A stretch of DNA of 61,835 bases, counting the filler, from Stramenopiles sp. TOSAG23-3 (taxonomy: Eukaryota), in NCBI GenBank assembly GCA_900128585.1. It is 4 parts of 4 records of this genome, joined end to end, with 100 filler letters (N's around TTAATTAATTAA, not from the genome) between each part and the next. Parts side by side here need not be neighbours in the genome. Positions count along the whole stretch, not along the records: positions 1 to 28,693 come from LT642243.1; positions 28,794 to 57,405 come from LT642244.1; 2 more parts are not named here. The stretch is one strand, 5' to 3'. The position numbers and the translations under genes are program-made. Below are positions 20,005-29,970 of this stretch, in pieces. The notes under the pieces were generated by a model. The model saw only the letters and a program-made list of their open reading frames with translations, did no database searches and was not told the origin of the DNA. The stretch's first letter is position 1; every line of letters starts with the position of its first letter.

Positions 20005-23000
20005 TTAAAAGATGTTGTAAATCTTTGCTGGGGACGCCGCTTCCGGGCTTCTGCTTCGCAATTGTCGTATCCCGTCCGCCAATCCCTTTTCTCTGCGAGT
20101 GGGAACCCGCTTCCATGTTCTATAGTTTGCCACAGTTATTGGAGATCGTTTGCACGAGACGAGCTTCTCCTCTTTCTCCGTACCAGAATTCTTCAAAAAA
20201 CTCGCCATGTCAATCGTCGACGGTCCAAGCGAACTCTCTGCCCCACTCTTCGTGTCTATCAAAAAATTCGCCAGATCGGTCGTTGAGGGGGACCGTGTCC
20301 GATTCCCCTGCCCAAATGATAAGGAGGGAGGAGAACTAACAAAATAGCGAACGCTCGTCTTCCGGGGTGAAGTTCCGGAAAAAGGATTGTTCAAAAGCTT
20401 CGACATCTCGCTTGTCAACGGGGCAAACGTCCGCAGCCCAACGTCTTCGTCAAAAATAGGTGATGCGGGCAACTGATAATCTAGGTCCGTCTCATCCGAT
20501 TCCTCCTCTTCGATCATCTCAGGGGTCTCTTCCATCTCTTCTTCAATCATCTCGGGTGTTTCCTCCAAGCTTGGTAGTGGGGGCAACTGATAATCAAGAT
20601 CGGCCTCGTCCGATTCCTCTTCGTTCTCGGCTGGTACTGCCTCCTGCACTCCTTCGATCATATCTTGAAGTTCCATAATTTGTTTGCTTAAAACCCCGAG
20701 AGCGTGTCGCCTTTCCTGATTATTCTGCAAACCCCGTGTTTTCTGAATTTCAGACTTAATTGCAGAAAAGCTGCTTTCAACGCCCTCCTCCTCCTCGCTC
20801 TCTTCGGCCGTACTTTCGTTCCCCTTGCTTTCTGGCGTTGCTGGTTCCGTGATATCTTCAAAGTGCATTCGAACGAAAAAATCCTTCCGAAAAGTTCGGT
20901 GCCCTTTGTCTTTCACAGCATCGTCTATCTGCTCTTTCGAGCGGCCAAGCTCCAAGCGATCATGGACCATTGCACTGTTTATCCACGTCTGGAAACACTT
21001 TTCCGGCTTTCGCCCAGCAATGGTGTAAAACACCAGCTTCATGTCTCCCTGAAACACCATACCACGCAATGGCCCGAAGGTAAGCCCCTTGTTCTCTCGG
21101 CCGCCGTCGCCCTTTGCTTCACCTCCGCACACCTCTGCCAAACCTATCTCCATGCGGCTGTCGTACAAAACGGTTGTGTCCTTCTCCGGCAAAGGCTCGT
21201 CCGAGACGGGAATCACACCGCTGTGGTAAGAGGGTGTTATGGCTTGAAAGAAGAGCTTCGACCCCTCTTTTAAGCGAATGTTGTTAATCTCCAAACGGTG
21301 TATCGATTTTGGGTTTTCCAAATTGGCGTTATACTGGGCAATGTTTCCAACGTACCGATGGTAATAATGAACGTACTCGCGCTGAGATGGAATGGTGACG
21401 CCCTGGTGATTCCGTGTCCGTCGATTCCCATACATATCAAGGGCAAGGTTCGGCAATACTCCGGACTCGACCATCAAGCAGCAGACAAAGAGTCCGGTGC
21501 GTCCCTTTCCTGCTTTGCAGTGAATTGCCACAACATTCTTGCTGTCCTCTTTCAGAAACATAATGGCGTGCTCACAAAACTGTTTTATAAATGGAAGAGG
21601 GCATGCGTTGTGGTCCGAGAATGGAAATCGAACCACGCGGCCCCCAAACTTCTTTGCGTCGTACTCCCTCTCCTCACACAAGTTGTAAATCAGGTAATGG
21701 TCCCTGTGGTAATACTCGAGGAACCGCAACGTCTCCGTCAGCCTGTTCCGATACAGCGTTTGTGCACCCTCGCACGGGAAACCCATTGCAATGACCTTGT
21801 TCGTAATATATGTAAGGTCCAAATCGAACCCGTCGTGAATGAACCGGTTCTTTTTCAAAGAAACGGTGTGCCTTGCTTTCCGCACCAAGTTTAAGTCCCA
21901 CGAGGAGTACGTCGATGTTGGGTTTACCTTCAATCTATCGTCCTCCTCGTGTACAGCCTCGCATGCAGAAACCACCCTTACGCCCGCGTTCCCCTCTTCA
22001 ACTTGCATTACCTGGCACGCCAGGGTTTCCGTGATCCAGGACCGGCCGATAATGCCCAAATCGACTGTTCCTAGGGTAGGATTTTTCTCCTCCACGTCCT
22101 TGCCTTCGGCATCGTCAGGCTGCTCCGTTGGTGCGTCCTCTTCTAAATCGTTCAGCTGCCACGTCTTCTCAGAGTCTGCAAAGATCACGTCCTCTTGCCT
22201 CTGCGGCAGCTGTTGGGCACCACTGGAACCCTGAACGTCGAGTGCAATTGGCTGGTATTTGGAAAGTATGGGCGTCGACCGGAGCTGGGGCAGCGCAGGC
22301 GGACGGTACATGGTGCTGTCGGAGCCACTGTCTTGCGCTTGGTGATCGTTCTCCCCGCTTCTGCTCCCTTCGGAGCTGAGGGTGGGGCTCAACTTTTTGG
22401 CGAAAATATCGATCAATGATTTTCGCTTGTGGCTTCTCTGCCTCTTTGGCGGCGGTCTGTTGTTGGAAACAAAATCTTCCACCGTCGATTGACGATTTGA
22501 GAATCTATTTTTCCGGTCCCGCATCGTCCGGAACGGAGAGCTCGAGTCGCCCTTCAACATGTATCGTTTTTTGGACGAAAGCCACGTGTGCGACATGTCG
22601 GTGCCGAGGTAGTTAATCATGGCATGGTAAGACTTCATGCTGGCTGCAATGGGTTCCTCTGGAGTGCTGCAGCCCTCTCCATATTTGTTGACAAGGATGG
22701 ATGATAGAATCGCGATCCGTAGCTCGTCCCTGTTTGCCAGCACAAATTCGCGAAACACGTTCTGGTCCTTATGTTTTTTCTTGGAAGGGTCCTTGCTTGT
22801 GCCAGCCTTGTCGTGTTTGAACGGGGAGAAGGGGTTGGTTACAGGCTGCGACAGCTCTCGAAGAAACCGGTGCATCTTCTCCGACAGGTCGCCGATGTAC
22901 TGCTCCATGACATCGAACCAGGGATAGTTCTCGATATGGTGCTGTCCAAACGCGGCTGCCGAGAGCATTTTGTCGATCAGAAATATCGCGCGCTGCTGCC

Positions 23001-24147
23001 TCTCCCCGAGCGTGCCGAGCACGGAGCCCGACAAAAGCTCCGGCTCCACGATGCGGGAGATTAGGAGCGATGCCAGCGCAGCAATGCCATGCCCTGGGAA
23101 TCGCGCTTCGCTGGTGGCAAAAACTGCCGCGCACAAATGTCGCAACGCGCCTGAACAGTTTGGAACAAATTCTATTGCCTGATCTAATATGGAGTGAACA
23201 ATTCTTGCCAAGCTCAACGCGTGCCTCCCCACCACCCCCTCGTATTCCTCCGCCTCCTCTATGAAGTCTTGGTCCACCTCAAAGTCGTTCTTCTCCTCGT
23301 CCCACAAGTTATCCACCACCGGCTGCAGAAGGCTGTGGTACAGGCCTGATTTCCCTTCGGCTTCTGCTAGGGACTGGCCGTACGCCTCAACAAATTTCAA
23401 GGCGCTGCTCTCAGACTGAAATATTGCCTCTCCAAAGCTGGTGCGGTTAAGTTCTACATCTAGCAAATTTTCCAGGAACTGCTCGCTCCTCCGCTTCCCA
23501 TTCAACTTCAAGTCACCCAAGAACCCCATCAAAACTGCACACACTCGCTTCATCGTTTCCTTGCCAAAAAATAGCCTGATCTCATCTCGAACAAAAGCAT
23601 TTGGTATCAAAAACGCGCCGTCATCACTGATCATCAAGTGGGTGTCCCAGTGCGTGTCCGTAGTGCCACGTCTTGTGACGACAATATCATGCCGCTGGCG
23701 GACATCGTCTTCCTGAATGGTGGTGCCCTGAAGGCAGCCCACTTGTGACATTCTTCCCTTCTTTTCAATCGTTAAATACTCGCACAGAAGGTGCTGTGAT
23801 ATCTTTCGGTCTATATTTGGGGCGAGTAGGAATACTTTGAGCCACTCAACCAGTTCATCCGCAAACTGCGCCAGCAGGTGGTACGTGCGGTCGGTCGTCA
23901 TCACGTCAAAACAGTAGCGGTACGAAACGTCCTCCAGGACCACCGGCAGGGCAGACAGAGCGTTTAACGCTTTCACAGGCGATACTTCGATTACATCATC
24001 CAGGGCAATCGAGCCTTGCAGGTCCATCCGCTGAGGAGACTTTTGGTATCCAACTGCAGCGGTGGTGGGATCGTACACAAACCAACGCAACTTCCAGGAC
24101 GTGTTGATTTTTCCTCTCTTCAACAACCAGCCTCTTAAGGCTGCCAT
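20005..24147 (-). CDS. Multidomain PH + RasGAP-like + PTEN phosphatase + C2 protein
   Basis: PH (RGWLLKRGKINTSWKLRWFV). RasGAP-like helical segment (LRHLCAAVF..RFP..LLISRIVEP). PTEN motifs FDLDLTYIT, FPFSDHN, HCKAGKGRTG, GVTIPSQ. C2-like GDMKLVF..FQTWINS. Confidence 0.85.
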   Translation of the reverse strand: MAALRGWLLKRGKINTSWKLRWFVYDPTTAAVGYQKSPQRMDLQGSIALDDVIEVSPVKALNALSALPVVLEDVSYRYCFDVMTTDRTYHLLAQFADELVEWLKVFLLAPNIDRKISQHLLCEYLTIEKKGRMSQVGCLQGTTIQEDDVRQRHDIVVTRRGTTDTHWDTHLMISDDGAFLIPNAFVRDEIRLFFGKETMKRVCAVLMGFLGDLKLNGKRRSEQFLENLLDVELNRTSFGEAIFQSESSALKFVEAYGQSLAEAEGKSGLYHSLLQPVVDNLWDEEKNDFEVDQDFIEEAEEYEGVVGRHALSLARIVHSILDQAIEFVPNCSGALRHLCAAVFATSEARFPGHGIAALASLLISRIVEPELLSGSVLGTLGERQQRAIFLIDKMLSAAAFGQHHIENYPWFDVMEQYIGDLSEKMHRFLRELSQPVTNPFSPFKHDKAGTSKDPSKKKHKDQNVFREFVLANRDELRIAILSSILVNKYGEGCSTPEEPIAASMKSYHAMINYLGTDMSHTWLSSKKRYMLKGDSSSPFRTMRDRKNRFSNRQSTVEDFVSNNRPPPKRQRSHKRKSLIDIFAKKLSPTLSSEGSRSGENDHQAQDSGSDSTMYRPPALPQLRSTPILSKYQPIALDVQGSSGAQQLPQRQEDVIFADSEKTWQLNDLEEDAPTEQPDDAEGKDVEEKNPTLGTVDLGIIGRSWITETLACQVMQVEEGNAGVRVVSACEAVHEEDDRLKVNPTSTYSSWDLNLVRKARHTVSLKKNRFIHDGFDLDLTYITNKVIAMGFPCEGAQTLYRNRLTETLRFLEYYHRDHYLIYNLCEEREYDAKKFGGRVVRFPFSDHNACPLPFIKQFCEHAIMFLKEDSKNVVAIHCKAGKGRTGLFVCCLMVESGVLPNLALDMYGNRRTRNHQGVTIPSQREYVHYYHRYVGNIAQYNANLENPKSIHRLEINNIRLKEGSKLFFQAITPSYHSGVIPVSDEPLPEKDTTVLYDSRMEIGLAEVCGGEAKGDGGRENKGLTFGPLRGMVFQGDMKLVFYTIAGRKPEKCFQTWINSAMVHDRLELGRSKEQIDDAVKDKGHRTFRKDFFVRMHFEDITEPATPESKGNESTAEESEEEEGVESSFSAIKSEIQKTRGLQNNQERRHALGVLSKQIMELQDMIEGVQEAVPAENEEESDEADLDYQLPPLPSLEETPEMIEEEMEETPEMIEEEESDETDLDYQLPASPIFDEDVGLRTFAPLTSEMSKLLNNPFSGTSPRKTSVRYFVSSPPSLSFGQGNRTRSPSTTDLANFLIDTKSGAESSLGPSTIDMASFLKNSGTEKEEKLVSCKRSPITVANYRTWKRVPTRREKGLADGIRQLRSRSPEAASPAKIYNIF

Positions 24148-24803
24148 GGTCAGCGGGAAAACGGGCACCGTGCGAAGCAGAAAATCCTTCCTTTCGTTCA
24201 GAGATCTTGTATGAATTCTCTCTCTCTTTCCGCTTCGCCTGGAATTACAAATTATTCGAGTCAGGACATGTGTGTGTTAACAATCATCCACGAGTATCGT
24301 GATGATAAAGAAACAATTTAAATGGACTATAAATATATATGAACGGGTACCCCTAACTTCCTTCCATAATAATAATTTTAAAAAAATGTTTTTTTTCTTT
24401 CTTCTTCCTTTTTTTTTTTCCCGCTATTGTTTGTTTGTTTTTTATTAGGTACCGGTACGGTACGAATACAAAGAGAGAAGAAGAAAATATCCAAAATTAA
24501 AAATTAAAATTACTCTCAGTCTATCTCTAGTAAAAAAAGGCACAAAAAAAAACTGAAAACGGGGAAGGAGGTAATCCTATCATTTTTTTTACTTACTGGT
24601 GGGTGGGTGGGGTATTCAAGAATTAAGATTTCGTTGGACTCATATACGTATAATCCTCGTAAGTAAGTACAGCATGCCATAATAAATGAGAGATGAATGG
24701 GGCTGTTATTTTAGGTACAGTTACGAAGGTATTTTAAAATTTAATTATTTACTTCCTTTATTCCATTTATGTTCACTGCGTATCAACTTACAAGTATTAT
24801 TCT

Positions 24804-25016
24804 AAAAACAAGAAAATTGGCTGTTATTAAAACAAGAAAATTGGCTGTTATTTAAGTAGTAGTACTAATTAAAAAACAAGAAAATTGGCTGTTATTTAAG
24901 TAATTAAATTTAGCTTCCTCATACCCTAATCCTGGCTGTTATTTAAGTAATTAAAATTAATGTACTGCGAACTGTAATCTAGATTTAGACATTCTAGGTT
25001 TGCATTCCTTCATGAA
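24804..25016 (+). repeat. Family A repeat, four head-to-tail copies of increasing length
   Basis: Copies start at about 24804, 24829, 24871 and 24933; both subtypes are present. Confidence 0.95.
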
Positions 25017-25131
25017 TATTCTATATTGATACTTCTATTTACTATAAGCTTATGAACTCTTTTAGCCAACAACTATTTTGCTTTGCCCCTCGACATAAGT
25101 GCCGGTACTGGTGCATTCTTCTGCACTATCG

Positions 25132-27757
25132 CTATATCAAATCGGTCGCTGGAAGGTGTGCTCCATCTTCATTCTCCACGAACGAGTCTTCGGGCTCAAA
25201 AAAAGCTTCCAAATGCTGTTGCTGCTGCTCCATCGCGACGCGCCTTCTTCGCTCTTCCAGCCTGGTTCGATACTCTGGGTGGCGTTCAAGTGACGTTCGC
25301 GCCCGCTCTACGAACGCCATCAGCGGCTCCTCGGTTCCCCGGCGCATTGTCTCAAGGTCATCCTCGAACTTTGCCGCACTATCCACTGCCTCCGCCTTGG
25401 CCACGTTCTCAAACACCCGGGTAGCCCTCATCAAGTACTTGCTCATGCTCTCCTTTTTGCGACGTTTTGGCAAAAGCTCCACGTCCGTACGGCGGCGGTT
25501 TGCCGCGCCGGGCTTCGGGTGGCTCTCGGCGATGCTGGCCGGGATGTCGCTTTTGTCCATACCCATTGCCTGTGCTGCCCGCATCACCAAGTTGTTGTTT
25601 CTCTCCAGCCCCGCTGAATGGGTTTTTCGACCTTTCTTTCCCGATTTCTTCTTCTTCCCGACCCGGCTGGTGGTTTTCCCCTCGGCCTCGAAGCTTTGCC
25701 GTTGCTTATTTTTGCCGAAATTTTTGCTGTACTGCTGCTTTTGCCGGACGCCAGCGGCCGCGCTAATTTCAGCGCGCCTGCGAGCTTCTTCCTCCAGCTT
25801 CAGCTTTTTGTCCAGGTTCTCCCGCGCGGCTTTCTCCGCCTTCTTTTTCTTGCGCTTTTCTTTGCGCTTCTTTTCGAGTAGCCTCTCTTTAATTTGCGCA
25901 CGAACCTTTTTCGTGTGTTCTTTCCGCTCGGCCTTCTTTGCGGCCTCTTCCTCCTCCAACTTTCTCGTGTTTGCTTCCTCGACGACTTTCTTCTCTATGG
26001 CGAGTTTCTCCATTCGTATACGACGACGGTAGGCATCTTCGCGCTGCCTCCTCTGTGCTTCCAACTGCCTTTGTACCTCTTCCTCCTGAAAGATGGCCTG
26101 TTGCAGGGCGCACTCTTTCTCGTACTTCTTTCTCTCCACCGCTTTACGGGCCGCTGCCTCGCGCATACGGATCCGTTTCTTCTTCTCCTTCTCCTCCCGC
26201 AGCTTCTTGGAGGCCTGCTTCACCTGCTCCTTCGCTTCTTCTTCTTTTTTTTCCAAAACCTTTTGCTTTCTTTTCTCAATCTTTTCCTTTTCAACTGCTG
26301 CGCGAAGCTTCTCCCTCATTTTTTTCATCCCATCGTTGAACCGTTTCTCGCGCTCCGCCTTCTCCCTTTCTTCCTTCTCCTTCATCCTTTGGGCGTGCTG
26401 CCTCTCGATCTCTTCCTGTTTTTCCCGTGCGGCAGCGTTCTTCTTGCTCTGCTCGCGCACCCATGCCAGGCGCTTCCTTTCTATTTCTGCGACTTTCGCG
26501 GCGCCCGAAATTTTTGCCTCTAGTATCTCGTCCCGCTTTCCTGGTCTGACCATTTCTTTCATCTTTCTCAGCCCACGAATCACGTTGATCGACCCCCCCC
26601 ACGCTCGTCACCGAGGCCTGCTCCAGCTGGGTAGGGTCGGCCCGGGTGGCCCCTCCGCTGCTGCTGCTCGAGGTCTTGTCGAACCGAGCCTCGTCGCGCT
26701 CCAGTTGATCCCTCCAGCTCTTTGAAAATTCACTTGCCTTGTCCAAAAACTCATCGTTGTAAGAGTACTTTGGCTTCCCCGAATCGTCTTTCAGTCCGGC
26801 CAGGTTGAGACTGAACCCCCCGAGCCCCTTGGCCGGTTCGCCGGCGCTCGCATCGACGATTGGGGCCGCCGACGACGCCGCCGCCGTCAGGTTGAACACC
26901 TCAAACCCATTTCCCTGTCCTCCCTGCTCGACCTCACACACTGCACTGTCTATGCACTCCACGCACAGGTCGTAGCAAAATTCGTACACTTTTTTCCTGG
27001 CCCGAGCAATTCGTCTGCCCATGTGCCCGCGGGCGTACCGCTGTATGGTCGCCTTCGCCTCCCTTCTTTTCTTTACAATTTTTTTTGTTCTGTACCCACG
27101 GTACAACGTCTGAAATGCAAGCGCCCCCCAAAGCTCCTGGCATGCTTTTGTTTCTCGATTGAGCCAAATCATGCTAACCCACCGTTGGATCAGGACTGCC
27201 GCCTTGTCCCGCTTCTGTTCCCAGTGTTCAGCATGCGAGCGCCAGCACCGTTGAATCATGGTTGTGGCAAAGCACCTCAGGTGCGCCTGGCGAACCGTGC
27301 GCATGGTGGTAAACTCTTTCTTGGCCATGAATGCTCGAAATCGGGTCTGTATAAGCAGCGCTGATTTGTACAAAAGGTGACGTTTTCTTCTGGAATTCAT
27401 CCGTTCCTGCCTTCTCTTTCTCTCAATTTCTCTTTTGTTAAGCTCATCTTTGACGCGTTGAACCTCCTCTTCCAGAAGTTGCACGTTCCGGTCGCGCTCG
27501 CACAGGGCCTGCTTTGCGAGCTCCCTCTTCTCTTCCAGCTTGTTCTTATACGTCGTCCCCGTCAGGGTAGTGTCGTTGAAAAATCTACCTTGCAGATGGG
27601 AAGTGAAACGGGAGGACTGGACGTTGCCACGAAAAACTCTGGAATTGGCAGTTTGCATTGACACTAAATTGTTCTGTATATGCCGTGCGTGTCGAACTGG
27701 CGACTGCGGCGCACGTGGGACAGGGCGATAGTTTTCGTTACCGCGTGGAAAGCTCAT
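25132..27757 (-). CDS. IQ-motif/coiled-coil protein; two overlapping ORFs probably one gene interrupted at a G8 run (26593-26600)
   Basis: IQ motifs (IQTRFRAF, IQRCWR, IQRWV, FQTLYRGY, IQRYARGH) in ORF 26291-27757 and a charged coiled coil in ORF 25132-26583. Removing one G joins the frames. Confidence 0.65.
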
Positions 27758-28299
27758 CTTTGCTCAATTGGTTGGTGCCACTAAAAAAAGAGTAACCTTC
27801 CGAACAAATATTATTAAAGCTTGAAAAAATATTATACAAACGTTTTAAAATGTAAAACAATACTTCTTTCATATGTTCAGCATTCTCATAACTTAGTAAA
27901 AGCAATAAACAATATACAATCAATCACAACCTGGGTTGTGAAAAGAAATTACTGCTTCTTCTTTTTTTTTCTTTTTCTCTTCTTCTTCTTTTGTCTTTTT
28001 CAACCAACAACAACACACAACAATATCATTGATTCGTCGTCGGGGTAAACCTTCCGTATTTTTTTTATTATTATAATAATTAATATGATGGTGTATTGAT
28101 GTAAAATTAAGTTTCTATTTCTTTTTTTGTTTTCAATAATCTCAATGCTGTGTAATTGTGAAAATTTATCGAAACAGCTAACGGTTCTGCCAACGTCCTT
28201 CAATTCGCATTCGGTGTTTTATTTAATAGGCAATAATAATACATATGTACTTGTATAAAGAAACCAATACGACAAAATCATTTCGAAGGTTTTTGGTCT

Positions 28300-28640
28300 A
28301 GTATCTTTGGCGCGGAATTGAAAAGTGACACCGGACTTTATGTTAACTGTTTGAAACGAAGAGATCTTTATTAAAAAAATATCATTTTTAAAATTTTAAA
28401 CAGTCAAATGCCCTTTTAGATATATAAAATTGTGTTTCTATGACTCGTTTTTCCCAACCCCACAAATAAATAAGTGTTTGTCCGGGTGATATTTGGTCCA
28501 AATCGTCCATTTCACAAAAAATTGTCCCTAGGAACCGACATTCCAAGTCAATGGAGGGCAAACAATTTATAAACGTTCGTTTGGGGCCAGACATCGTGAC
28601 CACAACAATTGCCTGGTCTAAACTTATGCCGTTATGCGTT
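28300..28640 (-). repeat. Dispersed ~340-bp repeat, family B copy 1
   Basis: Reverse complement is colinear with 38165-38504. Identical block CGGTTCCTAGGGACAATTTTTTGTGAAATGGACGATTTGGACCAAAT and shared end TTTTCAATTCCGCGCCAAAGATACT. Confidence 0.9.
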
Positions 28641-28693
28641 CCCCTTCCTTTCATTTGTCATTTTCTGGCCGAACGCTTCCATACTTTGAAAAT

Positions 28694-28793
28694 NNNNNNN
28701 NNNNNNNNNNNNNNNNNNNNNNNNNNNNNNNNNNNNNTTAATTAATTAANNNNNNNNNNNNNNNNNNNNNNNNNNNNNNNNNNNNNNNNNNNN
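28694..28793. other. Artificial contig linker (N run + TTAATTAATTAA + N run)
   Basis: 100-nt spacer with a six-frame stop cassette, identical to the other two. Confidence 0.97.
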
Positions 28794-28925
28794 CTTGTAC
28801 CTTCGTTCCTGAAAGGCCCTTCGACCGTCGTGGAACTGTCCGAGGGCTTCATTTGAAAGTGACGGTTGCACATGCGCAAGCAAGAGGGACAGGCGCACGA
28901 AGAAAAAGCACAGTCTCATGCCCAT
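28794..28925 (-). CDS. 5' fragment of a gene (signal peptide followed by a possible TPR-like helix), truncated by the gap
   Basis: Manual translation MGMRLCFFFVRLSLLLAHVQPSLSNEALGQFHDGRRAFQERRYK, open to the gap. GC-rich; below the ORF-track cutoff. Confidence 0.55.
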
Positions 28926-29487
28926 GAATTAAAGTGCGGCAAAGTCTAACTCTCCGGTTCCATTTATTTTAAATTATCCTCTCTCTCTCAAACTGCATCC
29001 TTTTGTTTCATTTCAAAACAAAAAGATTAAATTATATAAACATACTCGTACGCAAGAAATGATTCATTGAAAATTAATTCAATATAAACATTTTGAATTG
29101 AATTGAATTGAATTGAATTGAAATATAATAAATATAATAATAGACGACTAGAGAACGGCTCTATCTCTCTACTACTACTCCTATAATATATTTATCCATC
29201 ATATTATTTAGTCAGTCTATATTTCGTATATAATATGATGAACAAAAAACTGTTTAAATTCATTCACCTCATCCTTCGGGTAATATTAAGGATAAGCTAT
29301 TATACATGGATGTACAGAGAAGACAAAATACGAGCATAATATAGTCTATCAAAAAAGGAGACAATCTATTTATTCCCCAACAAAGGGACGAAAGAATCAA
29401 TCTGATTTCCAATACAGACAAATAAATACTAAATCCTCGTGTGCCTCGGTCGTTAGAGTTGTTTACTGTATTAGTGGCCAATTAGAC

Positions 29488-29602
29488 TCCAAGTGATTCA
29501 TGTCGCATTTTAAAATTATTTTGGAAACCAACCCAATGATATGCCTATGTAATAAATATCCCTATCAAAACACATAAAATGCGACATGATGAATCACTTG
29601 GA
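29488..29602. mobile_element. MITE-like element / long hairpin with ~25-bp inverted repeats
   Basis: TCCAAGTGATTCATGTCGCATTTTA (29488-29512) and TAAAATGCGACATGAtgaATCACTTGGA (29575-29602); perfect apart from a 3-nt insertion. Confidence 0.55.
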
Positions 29603-29970
29603 TTATAGCTCGTATATTTATAAAAAATATCGTTCCTAATAATTATAATTTTTTAAAAATATTACTACATTGATGATGATGGATGGGTGAAGAAGAAACT
29701 GTACGTACAGGAGTTTCTTCTTCGAGGATTATTTATTTGTCTGTCGTACGTCGTCGAACAAAGAAGAAGAAGATTGGATTGTTCACATACTACAAAATAA
29801 TAATTGAAATTGTGATTAATGATTATGATGTAAGAGGTGGAGAAAGTTTATAAAATATAAATGATTATTAGAATTTAAATAAAACTGAAAATTATACAAA
29901 AGGATAAAATGGCGAACTGCCTTTTGTGATTGGTACGGAAATATAGCCGTGTTTGATTGGATTTGGAAAG

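Noticed and set aside
20460-20625. Duplicated ESDExDLDYQLP / EETPEMIEEE segments in the PTEN fusion tail
   Set aside because: Ordinary short internal duplication in a disordered region.
24920-24932. ACCCTAATCC (also CCCTAATCC near 58380) as telomeric repeat or telomerase template
   Set aside because: Only single units and no array. Too short to support, though worth rechecking if the family A source RNA is found.
24804-25016. Tandem family A copies resembling a CRISPR array
   Set aside because: No regular unique spacers, unequal copy lengths, eukaryotic context and no cas genes.
28388-28654. 88-aa ORF within the family B repeat as a protein gene
   Set aside because: Conservation with the second copy is in identical nucleotide blocks rather than synonymous-biased, and the frame stops earlier in copy 2.
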